Source of the DNA: Takakia lepidozioides
Taxonomy: Eukaryota; Plantae; Bryophyta
NCBI GenBank assembly: GCA_030704615.1
Contig: CM060731.1
Location: forward strand, 88,598,001 to 88,662,000
Length of the DNA: 64,000 bases
Direction of reading: 5' to 3'
Shown here: piece after piece, positions 40,201 to 53,413 of the stretch
Layout of the letters: every line of letters begins with the position of its first letter
How positions within the stretch are numbered: the stretch's first letter is position 1
The notes under the pieces: model-generated
The model's input: the letters and a program-made list of their open reading frames with translations, nothing else
Told to the model about the DNA's origin: nothing
Databases searched by the model: none
Position numbers and translations under genes: made by a program

Positions 40201-43200
40201 TTAGCGAAAGAGCAGAGGCCGTAAGACAGTTGTGGTTATTGAATGCTGGACCAGCAGGAAACCAGAGCTTGACTGTCTAGAGCAGTCTTTCATGAGGAGG
40301 TAACTGCCATCACCTGCGGTTTAAAATCTCTCACATCGAAAGGGCTTTGAACTGCACAGGGGACTATGGGAGCAACACTTGTGAAGGGAAAAGAATGGCT
40401 CCACCCCAGCCACCCTCCTACAAGACAAAAAATGGTATAATCAAAGAAGCTCCAGCTTATCCTCTCCTAAACCTACACCAGTTCTCTCTCTGCACTTGGC
40501 TCTGGTCCCAAAATACCCTAGTGGTTGTGCTAGTTCAAGAAAGGGACTCACCCTTAAAATAGCCTGCTGATTTCGGTCAGGTCTGCACAAAGAAATAATT
40601 TACAGTGGAGTCATTCCCAGGTCTAACACTCTCAGCCATTGGAAAAGTAGAGAACAAAAAGGGAAGATGTTGTAGACAATCAGAAGAACAGAGACGGACA
40701 GCAGTCAAACAATCAAACAGCGGTCTTTCATAGGTTTACCTTAATTTATCCTGTCAGAATATCTGCAAAACAATCACTGTAGAAGCATGTGATTCTAATT
40801 AAAATTCCCTCGCCACCTTATGGAATCCAGAAATTGGAAGGGAGCCCCATATCCCACCCCTCCACTGCCATGATCCGCCATACTTCTTGTACATTTTGAT
40901 CTCTTCAGCAGGATATCCATAGCCAGGATACACAACTATGCTGGGTATCCAGATCAGGAGCATTTAAGACATGACTTACACATGACATGGCCAGGAAATT
41001 GGGAAGAAAAGAACCAACAAAGTAAATTTTTTCCCTGAATTGCTTTGTCCTGGTGTTGTCTCTTAGATTACCATCCATACCTTTAAAGGTTGAAAAGGGA
41101 GTACAGTTAGAGACCAGTGACAAAAGAACCAGACGAAAACAAGCACATGGAGTAAACAGGTTCGGATGAACAGAGTTACAGGGAAACATGGAAGATAGAA
41201 TACAGAAGAGATAGAGATGAAGGAATTTGATGAAGAAAAGACAGATGTACTCACTCTCCCGATAGGTTGCAGTCCACAACAACTGCAGCCAGTTCTTTCC
41301 CTATCTCCATACTCGACTGTGCTCCACAGGTGATCCCCTGTTTCAACGCATCATGCATGCATTGCCTTGTTCTTGAAAAAGCCATTCGGACCATTACTGG
41401 CACAGTTTTACTGGGGCCTGATACTTTGGCCTTCATGTCATTTCCACTCGCTTGCACATGCAGAGCAGAATCTGAACTTGGTGTTGCCTCCAAACTTTCC
41501 CTTTCAGAGAGCTCAACATTCCTAAGTGGCAAGGTAGAATGTAGCTTCTCATTCATCTCAGTTGGAAGTGGAGGCTTCTCTTCATTACTGCATGCTTCCA
41601 CTTGTTTGTCTTGATGATGAATCATAGATTTCAAGGCCTTGTTCAGTTCCATGACAGTACCCTTCATCTCACGCTGCTCGTTTGCCTCAGATTGTGCACA
41701 TTTGTACATAATCTCATTTATGATGGCTTCTCCTTGACTGCTAGGGATGGCTGAGGTGAGAATAACTGCACTGTCCTTCGGTTTCTTGTACAGAGGACCT
41801 GTCACATGCTCTTTAATTCCTAATGTTTGATTGCTAAGCTCAGTAGCTGGAATGCAATTTCCTGCATCACTGGCACCTCCAGGGGGATGGGCAACTTGTG
41901 TATGTGACATGTTTAAAGCAGAGGATGGCTCACGAGTAGCATCAGTTGCATCTGCAGTCATCTGAACTTCAGATGGATTGGCAGTATTGATATAAGAAGA
42001 TGCCTTATCGAAACAGGGTTCTCCCACTAACGCCTGGCAGTTATTTGTCATAAGACATTCTTGTCGAAGCGCGTTTTCTTGTAGAAGCACCTTTTCCCTC
42101 CCTGCCTGAAAACTTTCTGTAGTCATGTCATCTACTCCACCTTCCTCACCAACATCCTGATAAACAGGTGGGAGCTCATCCAGAAACTGAGACATATCTT
42201 GAAAACTCATACTGCAAGGATTTATGGATGATGGTCTGTCATCGAGGTCTTTCTCAAGGTCCATGTTCTGTAATCCTATGGAAGGTAAACTGTAGACCCC
42301 AAACTTACAAGATGGCAGAGGTTCATCATAAGGACATTGCACTTTTAATAAATCCGACACACTCATCCCTACATCTGATTCTGCCACTTCCTGCCCTGGT
42401 TGGAGTGCAGGATTACAGGTTTGAACAATTTGGATTCCTGGTCCAATCTGAAGAGGAGAGGCAGCTTCATCTAACTGAGCTGACAGCAGCAAAAGGGGTG
42501 AAGGTAGATAAGGGGGAGGTAGAATGTCCGGGAGTGTTGGTGACAGGAGGACGTTCTCGGTTGCCCACCACTCCTCCCCCGAGTCATCTTCACTACTCTC
42601 AACATCGGAGTCCCAGCCCCTCCCACATCCTTCTACAATTTTCAGGGGCACCAAGCTTCCATCTGCACTATTATCCATTCCCTCCTCTCTCTGTGGGGCC
42701 TTAACTTCCCTGTCTTCCACATCCATGCCAGTAGAGTTCTTTCCACCCATTGGATCTGCACTAGCACTCTCCAGATGGACATGCTGATTTTGTTGTATCT
42801 GCCATGTTGTGGCAGTCATAGTTCGAGTATCATGAACCCCTTTCTGTAATCTGTTATCCTTCTCCTCTACTGTGAGAGTCACTTCCATCAGATCAGAAGC
42901 ACCATCGGTGAGACTCTCTTCTGGTTCATTGCCACTGGATCTCTCTTTGTCGTTGGTACTTTCCTTCCTTGCATCCTCCTCCTCTTGTTCCTTTTCACAA
43001 AGCTCCACCACTTCTGTAACTCTTTCATTCACTTCCCCCCTCTTCCGTTTTACACCACTTTTGCCTGTTCCAGAGGTAAGCTCCACTTTGGGTTCGTTGC
43101 TCCGTTTCAATAGCCCCTTTAGAGCTCTAAGCTTTCCTTCCATCTTGGTGCGTGTTTTATTTTCCTTTTCAAAAAGACGTGTTATGGATTTCAACAGAGT

Positions 43201-45850
43201 TGCAGGTGAATCTAGATCTCTATTTACAGTTAGCCCACCCAGAATCCTTGGGTTATGCTCAACAGTAGACGGAGCTGGACTTAAACTTTTGCTTTTTTGA
43301 CCCTCCTGATACCTGCTGCCACCTTCTGCACCATGCTCACTGTTTGAGGCTGCAAGAACGTCTTTGTTCCCATTCAGCTGGGCACGGGAAAACCCCTCAT
43401 CTTCATACAAAGAAACTTCTTTGTCAAGATTTTGTCCAGAACTCCTGGCATCCACTCGACTTCTCTTAGAAGGACAACGTCTCCTTTTGACAGCATCCAG
43501 GGGTTCACGGATAAGAACTCTAGCCAGCTTGTCTGTTGAGTCATCTCTCAAACTTTCTGCAGCTGCACCTGGAGATGCTACTGAAGCTTTTGGAGTCCTT
43601 GACTGGGCGTGATGCTTAGCAGGAGATTTTAAAATTGATTCAAGTCCAGTAATTATCTCTACAGGGCCTTCCCTTGCAATCTTCGGCAACGGTTGAACAC
43701 GAGTCGCTGAGGATGTTTGCAACTTATGGCTCCCACGAGCCTCTAGCTGGTTCTTACTCAACACCATTCCCCATCTTTGAGGTGAATTCGCGCGAGCGAT
43801 GGAGGCTGTGATACCTCCCATGCTGATGGTGGTCTCTACTGGGTTTCGGCAATAAGGGGTCTGCGACTCTTTACTTTGTACATCCTGCTGCACAGGGGAA
43901 ACATGCTGCATAAGGCTAGAACTCTGCTTGTGCAGGTTAGCAATGCTTGCAGCCAATGTTTGGACTTCCTTCTGCACAGCTTTGGCCACTGCTTGCGCTG
44001 CTAGGGCTGTTGTCTGTGCTGCTGATGCTGTGGATTGCCCATTCTGCACAAGAGATGATGTTTTCGTTGAGGCCTGTACGGCCCCATTCACCTGCAAGCC
44101 TCCCTCAGTCAGTTTTCTACATTTAACTCTAGACGAGTAAAAGGGGTTTACTATCTGGCCAGGTGAATGGGGCCGTACAGGCCTCAAAACTTAAACCTGG
44201 CCAGATAGCCTCAAAACCTGCTACAAAACTTAAACAACAATGAAACAAGAAAACATAAGACTCTTGAACATGATGGTCCTACCCATCATAGAAGGTCTTC
44301 TGTTGCAAAAGCAATGAAGCAAATTACCTTAGCAAGAAGATTCCTTTCTAAGGTCTGAAATGAACTCTGCGCAACCTCAACAGCTTGCAGGGCAGCACCA
44401 ACCCCTCCCACCACCTCTTTCACCTGCGTTTACATCCACATTAGATCAGCCATTCCTTACTCCAACTCACAACAGACAAGCAATTTACAAGAAGATTCTT
44501 CTCAACTGCTTCATCCTGACAAACACAAGAGGTCACATCATTGCATGAGGAAAGGGTGCTAAAGACACAGATTCCTTTCATGAGGGCAATATGCCATTGA
44601 GATACATCAAATACCTTCTCCTTCAATAACTGGCTGGGGACATGCATGGGAAGCTCTGACGTCCAACCTTCACACAACAACACATAAGCACTGCAAGCAA
44701 CCCACAAGGAACCATACATAACAGACCTCCTGGTATCTACCAGAATCCAGCATACCTCGCGGCGCATGCGCTGGAGTTCATTTCGATCAGCCTTTTGGTA
44801 ATCTTCCATGCGATCCAGTCGCTGTAATACCCGGGTCAAATGCTCCTTCGTTGTCAACCCTTCCTTTTCAACCTTTTCTCTCAACATTTTCTCTGTCTCT
44901 GCCTTTTTTCTTTCTGTATCGGCGCGCTGACGCTCTTTTTCACACTCTGATGCAGACCCAAGCAAACATTGCACTATTAGGCATTTCTCAATATGCCTGA
45001 AAGTATGCATAGTTTCCAGCTTGCTAGACAAATCATAAGATAGAGAGACACCATGATCATGCTCAAGTACAGCACAATTATTCTGAATTATCAATTGAAG
45101 GGAAAGCAAGCAACACTGATATCCTCCACCAACTGTTGTTTTCCAGAAAATCTTCCCCTACTGCTGTTGAAACAGGAGGCATTTGCAACCCCACTACCCC
45201 ATCCCTAATCATTAGATGCAGATCTTCTCACAAAGTCAATCCAGCTAATAATCTGCATGAATGATTATTAAGCCTGTTTGAGATGACCTGCAGGGGGTCT
45301 ACCCCTCTGACACACCGGAACCCAAGCAGTCTCCCCAAATGATGCCTTGGGTTTCTGACTTGTACTAGGTTTTCATGGTCCCTTGTATTGTCAACGAAAC
45401 GATGTGTTTTCTGAACGCCAACCATTTGCAGCACTTTCCCATCGTGTCGATGCTGTGGCAAGTAACATTTATGACCTGCTACCGCGGCTGGTTCTGATAG
45501 GTGCTCATGGCAAGCTCCACCAGATAGTGTAAGGGACCATTTCCCAGCATGAGCCGGGACCCTTGAGAGAAAAGACAGATGAAAATGATACAAAATTTTC
45601 AGCGTTATATTACCTTGCCGCAGTTTGTCATTGAATTGCAACACCTGATCAGTGGCCTCCATTTTCTCTTTAAGCATTGCAATCGCCTGTCGCAGCTTCT
45701 TTCTTCCTGTTTCACTTTTCTCCAGCTTCTCTGCCAGCTGCCATACATTGCGGAAAAATTAGCAATCCGTCACGCCATGTGCTACGCTTCACCTTTCCAT
45801 CCGTTCGTAATTACTCAAAATTGTGACAAAATGTGACTGACAATAAGCTA

Positions 45851-45937
<87 letters not shown>

Positions 45938-46008
45938 GTCACAGGCTTTCGACACACAAATCAGCGCACCTGCTGACAGCATGGACCTGCTGCTGATTTG
46001 TTCTCCAT
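37211..46008 (-). CDS. MEE22: MEE22/EMB1611-like protein (N-terminal CC motif and coiled coil, long disordered middle, conserved helical C-terminal domain)
   Basis: Exon 1 at 45970-46008 (MENKSAAGPCCQQ|gt); exon ~45614-45737 (LAEKLEKSETGRKKLRQAIAMLKEK); coiled-coil exon ~44755-44948; large exon ~41255-44218; C-terminal exons reading ALELVALHL, GWEWTYNDLI, LLGILGRLG...GVELLRERL...QAAAAQALLQL...VRGWYNSL. These match my recollection of the MEE22 family. Stop at 37211. Some internal exon limits are uncertain. Confidence 0.8.
45855..45936. repeat. (CT)41 / (GA)41 microsatellite in the first coding intron of the MEE22-like gene
   Basis: Uninterrupted 82-bp CT run. Confidence 0.97.
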
Positions 46009-46981
46009 GATCTCCTTGCTTGAGTGCAGAACATTACCAATCAAACAAGAAATAAACTAGAGTACAGAAAACGTGAACCAATGGTGCTTTTTCAAGGGTT
46101 TTGTGGACACGGAGTCAGAAGAAAATGATCAATAGAAGTAAGAGCACAGCTGGAAGCAAGCAGGAAAGAAGAAATGCTTGAGAAAAGGTTCAGAAGACGC
46201 TGCGGAGGGAGAAAAAGAAAGAGACACGACGACCCCTCCCCCCCAAGAGAAAATAAACCGTACAACGAGAAGACACTTCTTGGTAGAAAATCAACTCGTT
46301 GAAGGGAATTCGGTGCTCAGAGGAGGGACCGCCACGGCGGCGAGGTAGCAGGGATGTGCAGCACAGCATCGTCTCTCTCACCCCCCGACCCACTAAACCC
46401 TAGCCCACAAACCGACCTAATTATGAGCTGATCAAGTATTAGCCTAAAATCTTGTGCTCAACTTCCTCGTAATTATTTTCCTAAACCTAGCTGGAAAATT
46501 CCTTTGTAGATTTGAGTACCTTCCTGTCGGCCAGAAAACCCATTCCACATATTCCATTACTTTTGTCCCAAGAATAGGATATTCCTTTTCCCCCACCTCG
46601 GAAGTGGTTGCGGGTTCAATCCACCGACTAGGCAGAATTTGCCTTATACAGACCCTCGGTCTAGGAGTCTCAAATCTCGGAAAACACTTTGGCATGAACT
46701 TTACCTCTTTCGCTCATCAGTCATGCAGAAATGTGCCGGGCTGCATGTTGATTGCATGGAATAAAAGCAAACATCTTTCCCGGACTGTGTTTTCCCAAAA
46801 CACACCGACAAAAGTCCAAGGACAACCTTCTCTCTCTCCCTTTCTTTCTTTCCGACAAGGTCTATGGCCTATGGAAACCAAATGACATTTGGGTGCAAGG
46901 TCTACTGAGTCTTGTTTTAGTGAGGCGTGACTTGATGGTCTACTAAAGTTGGAAAGCAAATGCCCTTTTTTATTTGGGGGG

Positions 46982-48083
46982 TTTTTTGAACGAAAGGGGA
47001 GGGCCGGAAGCCCTGTAAATCATATTAAGAAATCATGGAAAAATAGCCATGAGAGGAGGCCATGAAGGCTTACATCAGCGAGTGATTGGGTAGCACCCAG
47101 TACCAATCCACCTAGGGGGAAGCTCTAGCTAAAACAATGTTCACTGTCATGGGCAGCAAGCTAAGAAAGACTGCCATCTGAAAAGTAACTAGGAGCACAG
47201 AGCTCAGGGATTACCTAAGCAGGGACAAGATTAGTGATAGTGCATAAGAAAAGTAACTAGGAGCATAGAGCTCAGGGATTACCTGAGCGGGACCAGATTA
47301 GTGATAGTGCAGCACTATGAAGTAACAAGAAATAAGGTCCATCAGCCTCCATTATCCTAAAAAAAATCCTAAGGCAAGAAAATTGACTATCAAACCTTCA
47401 CAAGAGAAAATATATCCACTACAGGAAAAAGGGGGGTTAACGACCCAGCCATCGCAAGGTGCGTCGCCGCGGGGGGTTGGGCGACGGGTTTTTTTTCACG
47501 CGACGCTGGGGTCGCAATGCCGAAAAAAAAAAAAAAAAAAAAAAAAAAGGTCGGACGTCATTGGGGGCGCCCAACGCCTGGTGCTGGGGCTGGGGCTGGG
47601 CACTAAGGCTGTAGAGGTTGCAACTCCCCGGCGTCACAAGAGGGACCCTCTTAGAAGAAACTTGAAAGAAATCTTGATTTGTATATATATACTTGAACTA
47701 CTTTTGTGATATATAGATGTATCGTAGGTGTGTTGGTTAGATTGTAGCTTCTTAGATATGTTATAACATGGAGGTCCTAGGTTCAAGTATGCATTGTCTA
47801 ATATATGTAGAACAATTAATGTATTGCCCTTGGATAGAATCGGACTCAATGGTCAACAAATTTTTGAAATTCAAATTCAAATTTTCCCACCTAAATTCAA
47901 ATGTATCCCCCTAAACAACGACGTCCGGAGGTCGCACTTCGCAACATGCGACCTCCGGACGTCGCTAATTCGGCTTCACAAAAAAAAAAAAAAAAAAAAA
48001 AAATTAAATTAAATTAAATTTATTAAAATTAATTATAATTTTTATATATATATTATAATTATAATAATAATTTATTTAATAAT

Positions 48084-48128
<45 letters not shown>

Positions 48129-49200
48129 GCGTTTCCTAGCGACCCCCATCCGTCGTTAAGTAGCGACGACATTCTAGCGACGACGTTGCGACGGGCTTGC
48201 AACGCCCGGGCGTCGCAAAAATGGCCCCTCCCCCCTCCCCCAAAAGGGAGCTTTAGCGACGCCGCGACAAAGGGGTAGGGGTATTTACCATCATACAACC
48301 ATGCACATCTTGATTTCCATATGTGCCATAGACCCAATGCCCTAAGACATTGCTAGAGCTGACAAGACAGCCAGGGGACCCCATTAGAGATGCTAAAAAA
48401 AAAAATAGATTGATCAGTGATATCTCAAGGGATAATTTCCAGGGCATGAAGAAAGAACGAATTTTTCTCTAGACCTGCCGAGCAAAATTATAGAACATAA
48501 GACAATGTTCGAGAAACTCGGGCAGCTAGGAGTGGCATATAGTACTACATAAATCCAAAGGGGCAACCTGCATGATACTGACTATAAGAAGAATGCGGTG
48601 AGAGAGCCTCCACAAAAAAGCACTGAGTTTTGCAGCTCTATGCATATGCCACATATCAGACCAAATAAAGTGCCAAGGCCCCCTTGGGAGAGACAAATGA
48701 GCCTATTTAACACACATCTTAACTTCCATGGAGTATTGAGGTAAGAGTAGAGTGTAGCCCATCTTGGCAGTATATGAGAAGAAAGGAGCGGATTTGTCCT
48801 TGTGAAGCCAAGCCCAGTCAGCAAGGTCCTTTGGAAGTTGAGAAACAGGCAATTTCAAGAGCCAAATTAAGAAGGGCAGCGCGACACCCCATTGAGCAAG
48901 AGAACTAGAGCCCAGAACTAACGGGTTCAATTTACCTGAAGAGTAATATTGTACTAGTCCACCACCCTAATAAGGAAGAGGGATTTGGAATGAACAGACA
49001 TGAGAGCAATAGGAGAAAGGGCTCCAGACCTTGCATTAGATAAGCCAAGACCTGAGGCAACCGAGTCCCTAAGATGAGACACGAAAATAACATATTCACG
49101 GGGGATACCACTCAAGCAGCCCCTCCAATAAGGAGTCAGCCAATTATCCCGGCCATCGCTGCAAAGAACTCCAACGTGAGGAGACAACACTAGAGGAAAT
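46982..49200 (-). mobile_element. 5'-truncated L1-like LINE relic (ORF2 C-terminus and 3' end), interrupted by a CACTA MITE
   Basis: LWHIWKSRCAWLY (WxIWxxR motif of the L1 ORF2 C-terminus) at ~48295-48331. The minus-strand 3' end reads ...GGCCCTCCCCTTTCGTTCAAAAAA. Internal ~68-bp duplication at 47180-47311. Confidence 0.7.
47417..48275. mobile_element. Non-autonomous CACTA element, right end missing
   Basis: Starts CACTACAGGAAAAAGGGGGG and has GCGACG subterminal repeats. 47583-47960 is closely similar to 61500-61890 of the complete copy. No terminal TAGTG found. Confidence 0.8.
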
Positions 49201-49419
49201 GCAGGGATGCCTCGGCGTGAGCCTGGCTGCGCTCACGCCACGTCACCTTGCGCCCACGCTGCGTCACCGGGCTCACTCCACGTCATCGCGCTTAAACGCC
49301 GCGTCACCGCTCGCCAAGGAAGAAGCAGAGTGTATTTCCACACAAGAGCACCCTTAACCGCGGAAACAAGTTGGACGACATAATAAAAGAATGTGGTCAT
49401 TCCCACCTGAAAGCAACAG

Positions 49420-49630
49420 ATGAATGCAGGATGGATGAATGTAGAGTGGATGAGAAATAGATGGATGAGTGCGAACAATGCATACAAATGGATGAATGTG
49501 GGATGGATGAGAGTACAATGGATGTTGAATAATGCAAAACATTCATGAATGGAGGATGCATGAATACACAGTAGATGAATGCACAATGGATATGACATGA
49601 GTGTGTGGGGTTTGTGGATGGATTCATGAA
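49420..49630. repeat. Degenerate GGATGAAT/ATTCATCC short-repeat tract just 3' of the ParB-MTase gene
   Basis: Repeated gatgaatg/ggatggatga motifs. Confidence 0.75.
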
Positions 49631-50101
49631 GATTTCCATTTCAATCTGAGTGGATTGTTTGTTTCATTTTTTTTTTCTGCCGGAACAATTGCAATCAAGT
49701 AGGGGAATTCAATCTTTTCTTGAAAGGATGACAACAGAACATTAAAAATGCGAAGTTCAGTATGACTCAGAGTCAGTACAATGTATCCCCGCATCCTCTG
49801 CATCCAAGTCCAAGAATTTAAGAACTCCGGATCTACGATGGCTACACCTGCGATCGGGCAATAAAAAGTCAGGGGATAGAGCCTCGGCCATTTGAAGTGC
49901 CATTGCTTCGGCATACACAGGAAGCACAAAAGTCGAAAGGGGGCTGTCGAATACAGTCTCGCCACAAATTTGGGTCTCTCCTGAAGATCCACCGCTGCCT
50001 TTCCTGCAAGTCACAGCAAGAAAAAAGTTATTACTCTAAATATGATGTCTGCGATTGAACATGGCACCCAAAGTGGAATGACAATTCCATGGCAGACTTA
50101 C

Positions 50102-51123
50102 TCACATGAAAAGTCGTTGTCGACCTGCTTATCCTCGGGATCCTCATCATTTCGGATTTGAATCTGTTCAGTCTCTGTGTCTGACGTAGAGCCAGACACA
50201 AGAGGGAGGAGGACACTCTTGAATAGTTCGGTGTCGCCCTCCATGCTAAAAAAGCTTCTCCCGCCTGCCTGGCAAGCATGATAAGTCGCACCTGCCAAGA
50301 CAGAAAACCTCAAGAAGGTTGTAGAGGATGCAAAAGCGGATGTAAACTGGAAGACCAAAAATGGGAACAGTATTGAAGCAACGAACATGTGGATAGTGTG
50401 AGGTCGACCACCCTTGCAGAATGGTGGCTGCATGACTCCAAAAGCGTCTGCATGAACGTTGGGGTTCTCTCCCTTGCACCTCTCCATGGAAACCCATCTG
50501 GTCTTTTGATAGTCTGACTAGAGTGCATGAAGTTGTAGAGCATGTCATCCACGTGTGGCTCATAGGGGGGGTTGATGAAACACCCCTGGTCGGAAAGCTG
50601 CGGACGGAGGATGGTGTTTTTGAGGTGCGAATCCTCCTCACGCAGATCGCCTCAAACGTCCTCGTCTGGCAAAGATGCAAGGTTGGGGTGAGACATGAAA
50701 ATATTAGAGGAAGTCTGGCGCAGAAAGGAACAAAAAATAACGAGAAGACATTGGGAAACAGTACTGAGGAGGGCGGTGCCATACCAGCTGTCCAGGGCAA
50801 CCACCTTTCAGAAGGTAGAGGATGTTCACACAATTCCATGTCCTCAGAACTTCAAACCCAGACGACTTCAGGTATGATGCCAATCCCCGACGACTATCCT
50901 TGTCACATGACTGAAAGAGCGGAAGCGTTCCTACATTTGAAAGAAAATTATTGCAGAACCCGAATACCCAACTCCAGTAGTTCTCATCAAATCTGTTCCA
51001 GGATGGAGTCTTTCCCTTTGGAGGAACGTCCGGGACAGGCTGGCTGTCCGGGATGTCAAAAATGACCATGTCAGCGGCAAAGGTTTTTTGAACACCGCAT
51101 ACGAATGAGGGACCAGTGCTCAC
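50102..51123 (-). pseudogene. Amino (N6-A/N4-C) DNA methyltransferase-like domain, beta-class motif order
   Basis: ADMVIFDIPD (motif IV position, cf. DLIFTDPPY) comes first. It is followed by FCNNFLSNVGTL (cf. RVLKPGG), RERTPTFMQTLLESCSHHSARVVDLTLST/xAT (cf. KPxxLLExLIxxxxxxGDxVLDPFxGSGT) and HACQAGGRSFFSMEGD (cf. AAxxLGRxFIGxExD). Confidence 0.72.
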
Positions 51124-51934
51124 CTGCAACAGACAGGTCCAATTAGAAAACCAAGGAAAAAAAGGGTCCCAACAGAAACCAACATCTACATTGGCAACGA
51201 CAATTTCGAAGGTCCCAATAGAAGAGGAAGATTCTTACCAGATTCAGAAAAGAAATCATGTTATCCCAAGTCGGTGATGGCATCCCCAAGTACCCTTTTC
51301 TCCGAGTCTCCATCATCGCCAGCCATCCCTCATTGACAATCTTGATGTGCCCTGCCAAGTCCGCACGGGAAGGGTGTGGCTTGGCATTGAACACGCATTC
51401 AATAGTGCGGGTGTACCTCCCAGCGGTGAAGTCTTTCTCTTTGTCATTCTCCTTCCCCCTCTCCTTCTCCTTCGACTGCTCCTTCTCCTTTGTCTTCGCA
51501 GGTGACTTGGCTACTCCCTCCGAAGCCTTTGCATCCTTGTCTTTCACCTTGCGGCCCCCCTTCTTGCCTTTCTCGGGAGTTCTCTGCTCGTCTGGCTTCT
51601 TGGCGGCCAATGAAGCTATGTTCCTCTGGTACTCTTCGTCGTTCAAAGGCGCCAGCATCTCCGCATGGTTGTCCAAATACTTCATTTGCTGCTCTTGAAG
51701 TGTCATGTGCTCAGGAGGGCAGTCGAGATACCATCCACAGTCCCTAAAGTGGGCAGGACTCCAGTCCCTCAAGATATCAGCTGTGTACATGGTGGGATCG
51801 TTGGCAGGGTCCGACCACATGTCCAAGTAATCTGGGATTCCACTCAGGTGTTTTCCTTCCATCAGCACATATTTAGTGTATCTACGGACGTTCAAACAAA
51901 CACCATCCCCCAAAACCAGATATCAAAAAGCAGC

Positions 51935-52195
51935 GGAAAGTGATGATCGGTGGCGATCATCACTTTCCTATCAGAGAGAATCCAACATATGTGTGCAAAT
52001 CCTTATGATAATCCACACTGCACAAGTGCAAAATTTGATGATTGTTACCGATCATCAGGTCACTTATCAGAAACAAATTGCCTATGTTAACAGAGGAAGG
52101 ATTAAGAATGGAAACATGGACATGTTCTGCAGTATTCAGTTGTTTGACAGGAGAAGCTCACAGCACTGGAAGTGATGATCGGTACCGACCATCAT
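51935..52195. repeat. Three more copies of the same palindrome in a second intron (51882-52291)
   Basis: GGAAAGTGATGATCG-gtgg-CGATCATCACTTTCC at 51935-51968; further copies at 52036-52057 and 52172-52195. Confidence 0.93.
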
Positions 52196-53413
52196 CAAAT
52201 TGTTGTGTAGCAAAAAAAAATCTTAAGGTTTTCTTAATTGAGGCATGACAAAATTTGAAAGAATGTGATGGATAGGCTTTAGGTAGTGCACCTGTACACA
52301 ACACGCATCGTAGCCCACTCCCCTCCAACCTAACTATCGAAATTGTTCGACCTCAATATGTTACCATCATTGGAGAACTCACGGAAGAAACAGTATCGCC
52401 ACATGAGACCTTTCCACTTCTAATGTACGCCTCCAAGGTCATATGTGGTGGGGAGACCATCGAAATATTCAAGTCCTTCAAATTTTGCTCCAGACGCGTT
52501 TCTCCAGCTGCAAAGGGAACATCTATCAGAATTGCACATGACAAAGTCATAGGATAATTGATATACAACAGGCACTTCAAGCAACAAATACCTGACTCCA
52601 AAATGTGGCATTGTGAAGCCAGTTCTAAAAAACAGTGTCACTTATTCCCTCGACCTTTGTGCCAGGCTGGATTGTGCTTTTCGGGAACTGATTCAGATCC
52701 TTCACTATCTGATCCGAGTTCCAAATCTCAAGCCATTTAACTTTTGTCTGGGGGTCGACCATGGAGAGAGCCAGCCTGTGCAATTTCTCCTGTTGCATCT
52801 TTGGATGTACATGCTTGTCATAGTGGGCTTTGATTTGGAGAAGGAACTCCTCCCCAAGGCCGGGATCCACTATTCTCAACTGCTTCATGAAGGCGAACAT
52901 CAGCTTTGTCCTCATTATCTCGTACTCCTTCTTTATGGCTGCCCCAACTCCTTTTGCAATCCTCAGCTCTTCTGTTGTAATGCGGTAGTACTCAGATTTC
53001 CCCCTCTCAGCGGCCTCTGCCAGTTCTTGCTGCATGTAACAACGACTGGATTAGAATACAGAGGATTACAAATGTGTTTTGAAGAAGATAGGAAGATGTG
53101 GGTTGGTCCATACCGCATACATGTACTCCAGAAATGCATCTCGGGTCAATGAGTACCAGGTCCCTGCAGCTCTCCCAGTTTCGCACTTCTTGATTACATC
53201 AGGATGTAGCACAGAGCGGAACTCATCAAGCTTCATCAAACCTATTCTGTGAATACGGAAATGTGTATGGACCAAGCTCATAGTAACATGCGATTTTTCT
53301 GTCGATCTGCAAATGGGCAATACACATTGATGGGTAAGATCTTTTTTTCGTTTGGACTTGAAATGCGCTTAACATGCAATTTGAAAGGCAATGGGGTTTT
53401 TAGGATGTCTTAT

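Noticed and set aside
38371-44140. Plus-strand ORFs overlapping the MEE22-like exons (likewise at 1067-6291 and 50523-53572)
   Set aside because: These are antisense shadows of real minus-strand coding exons.
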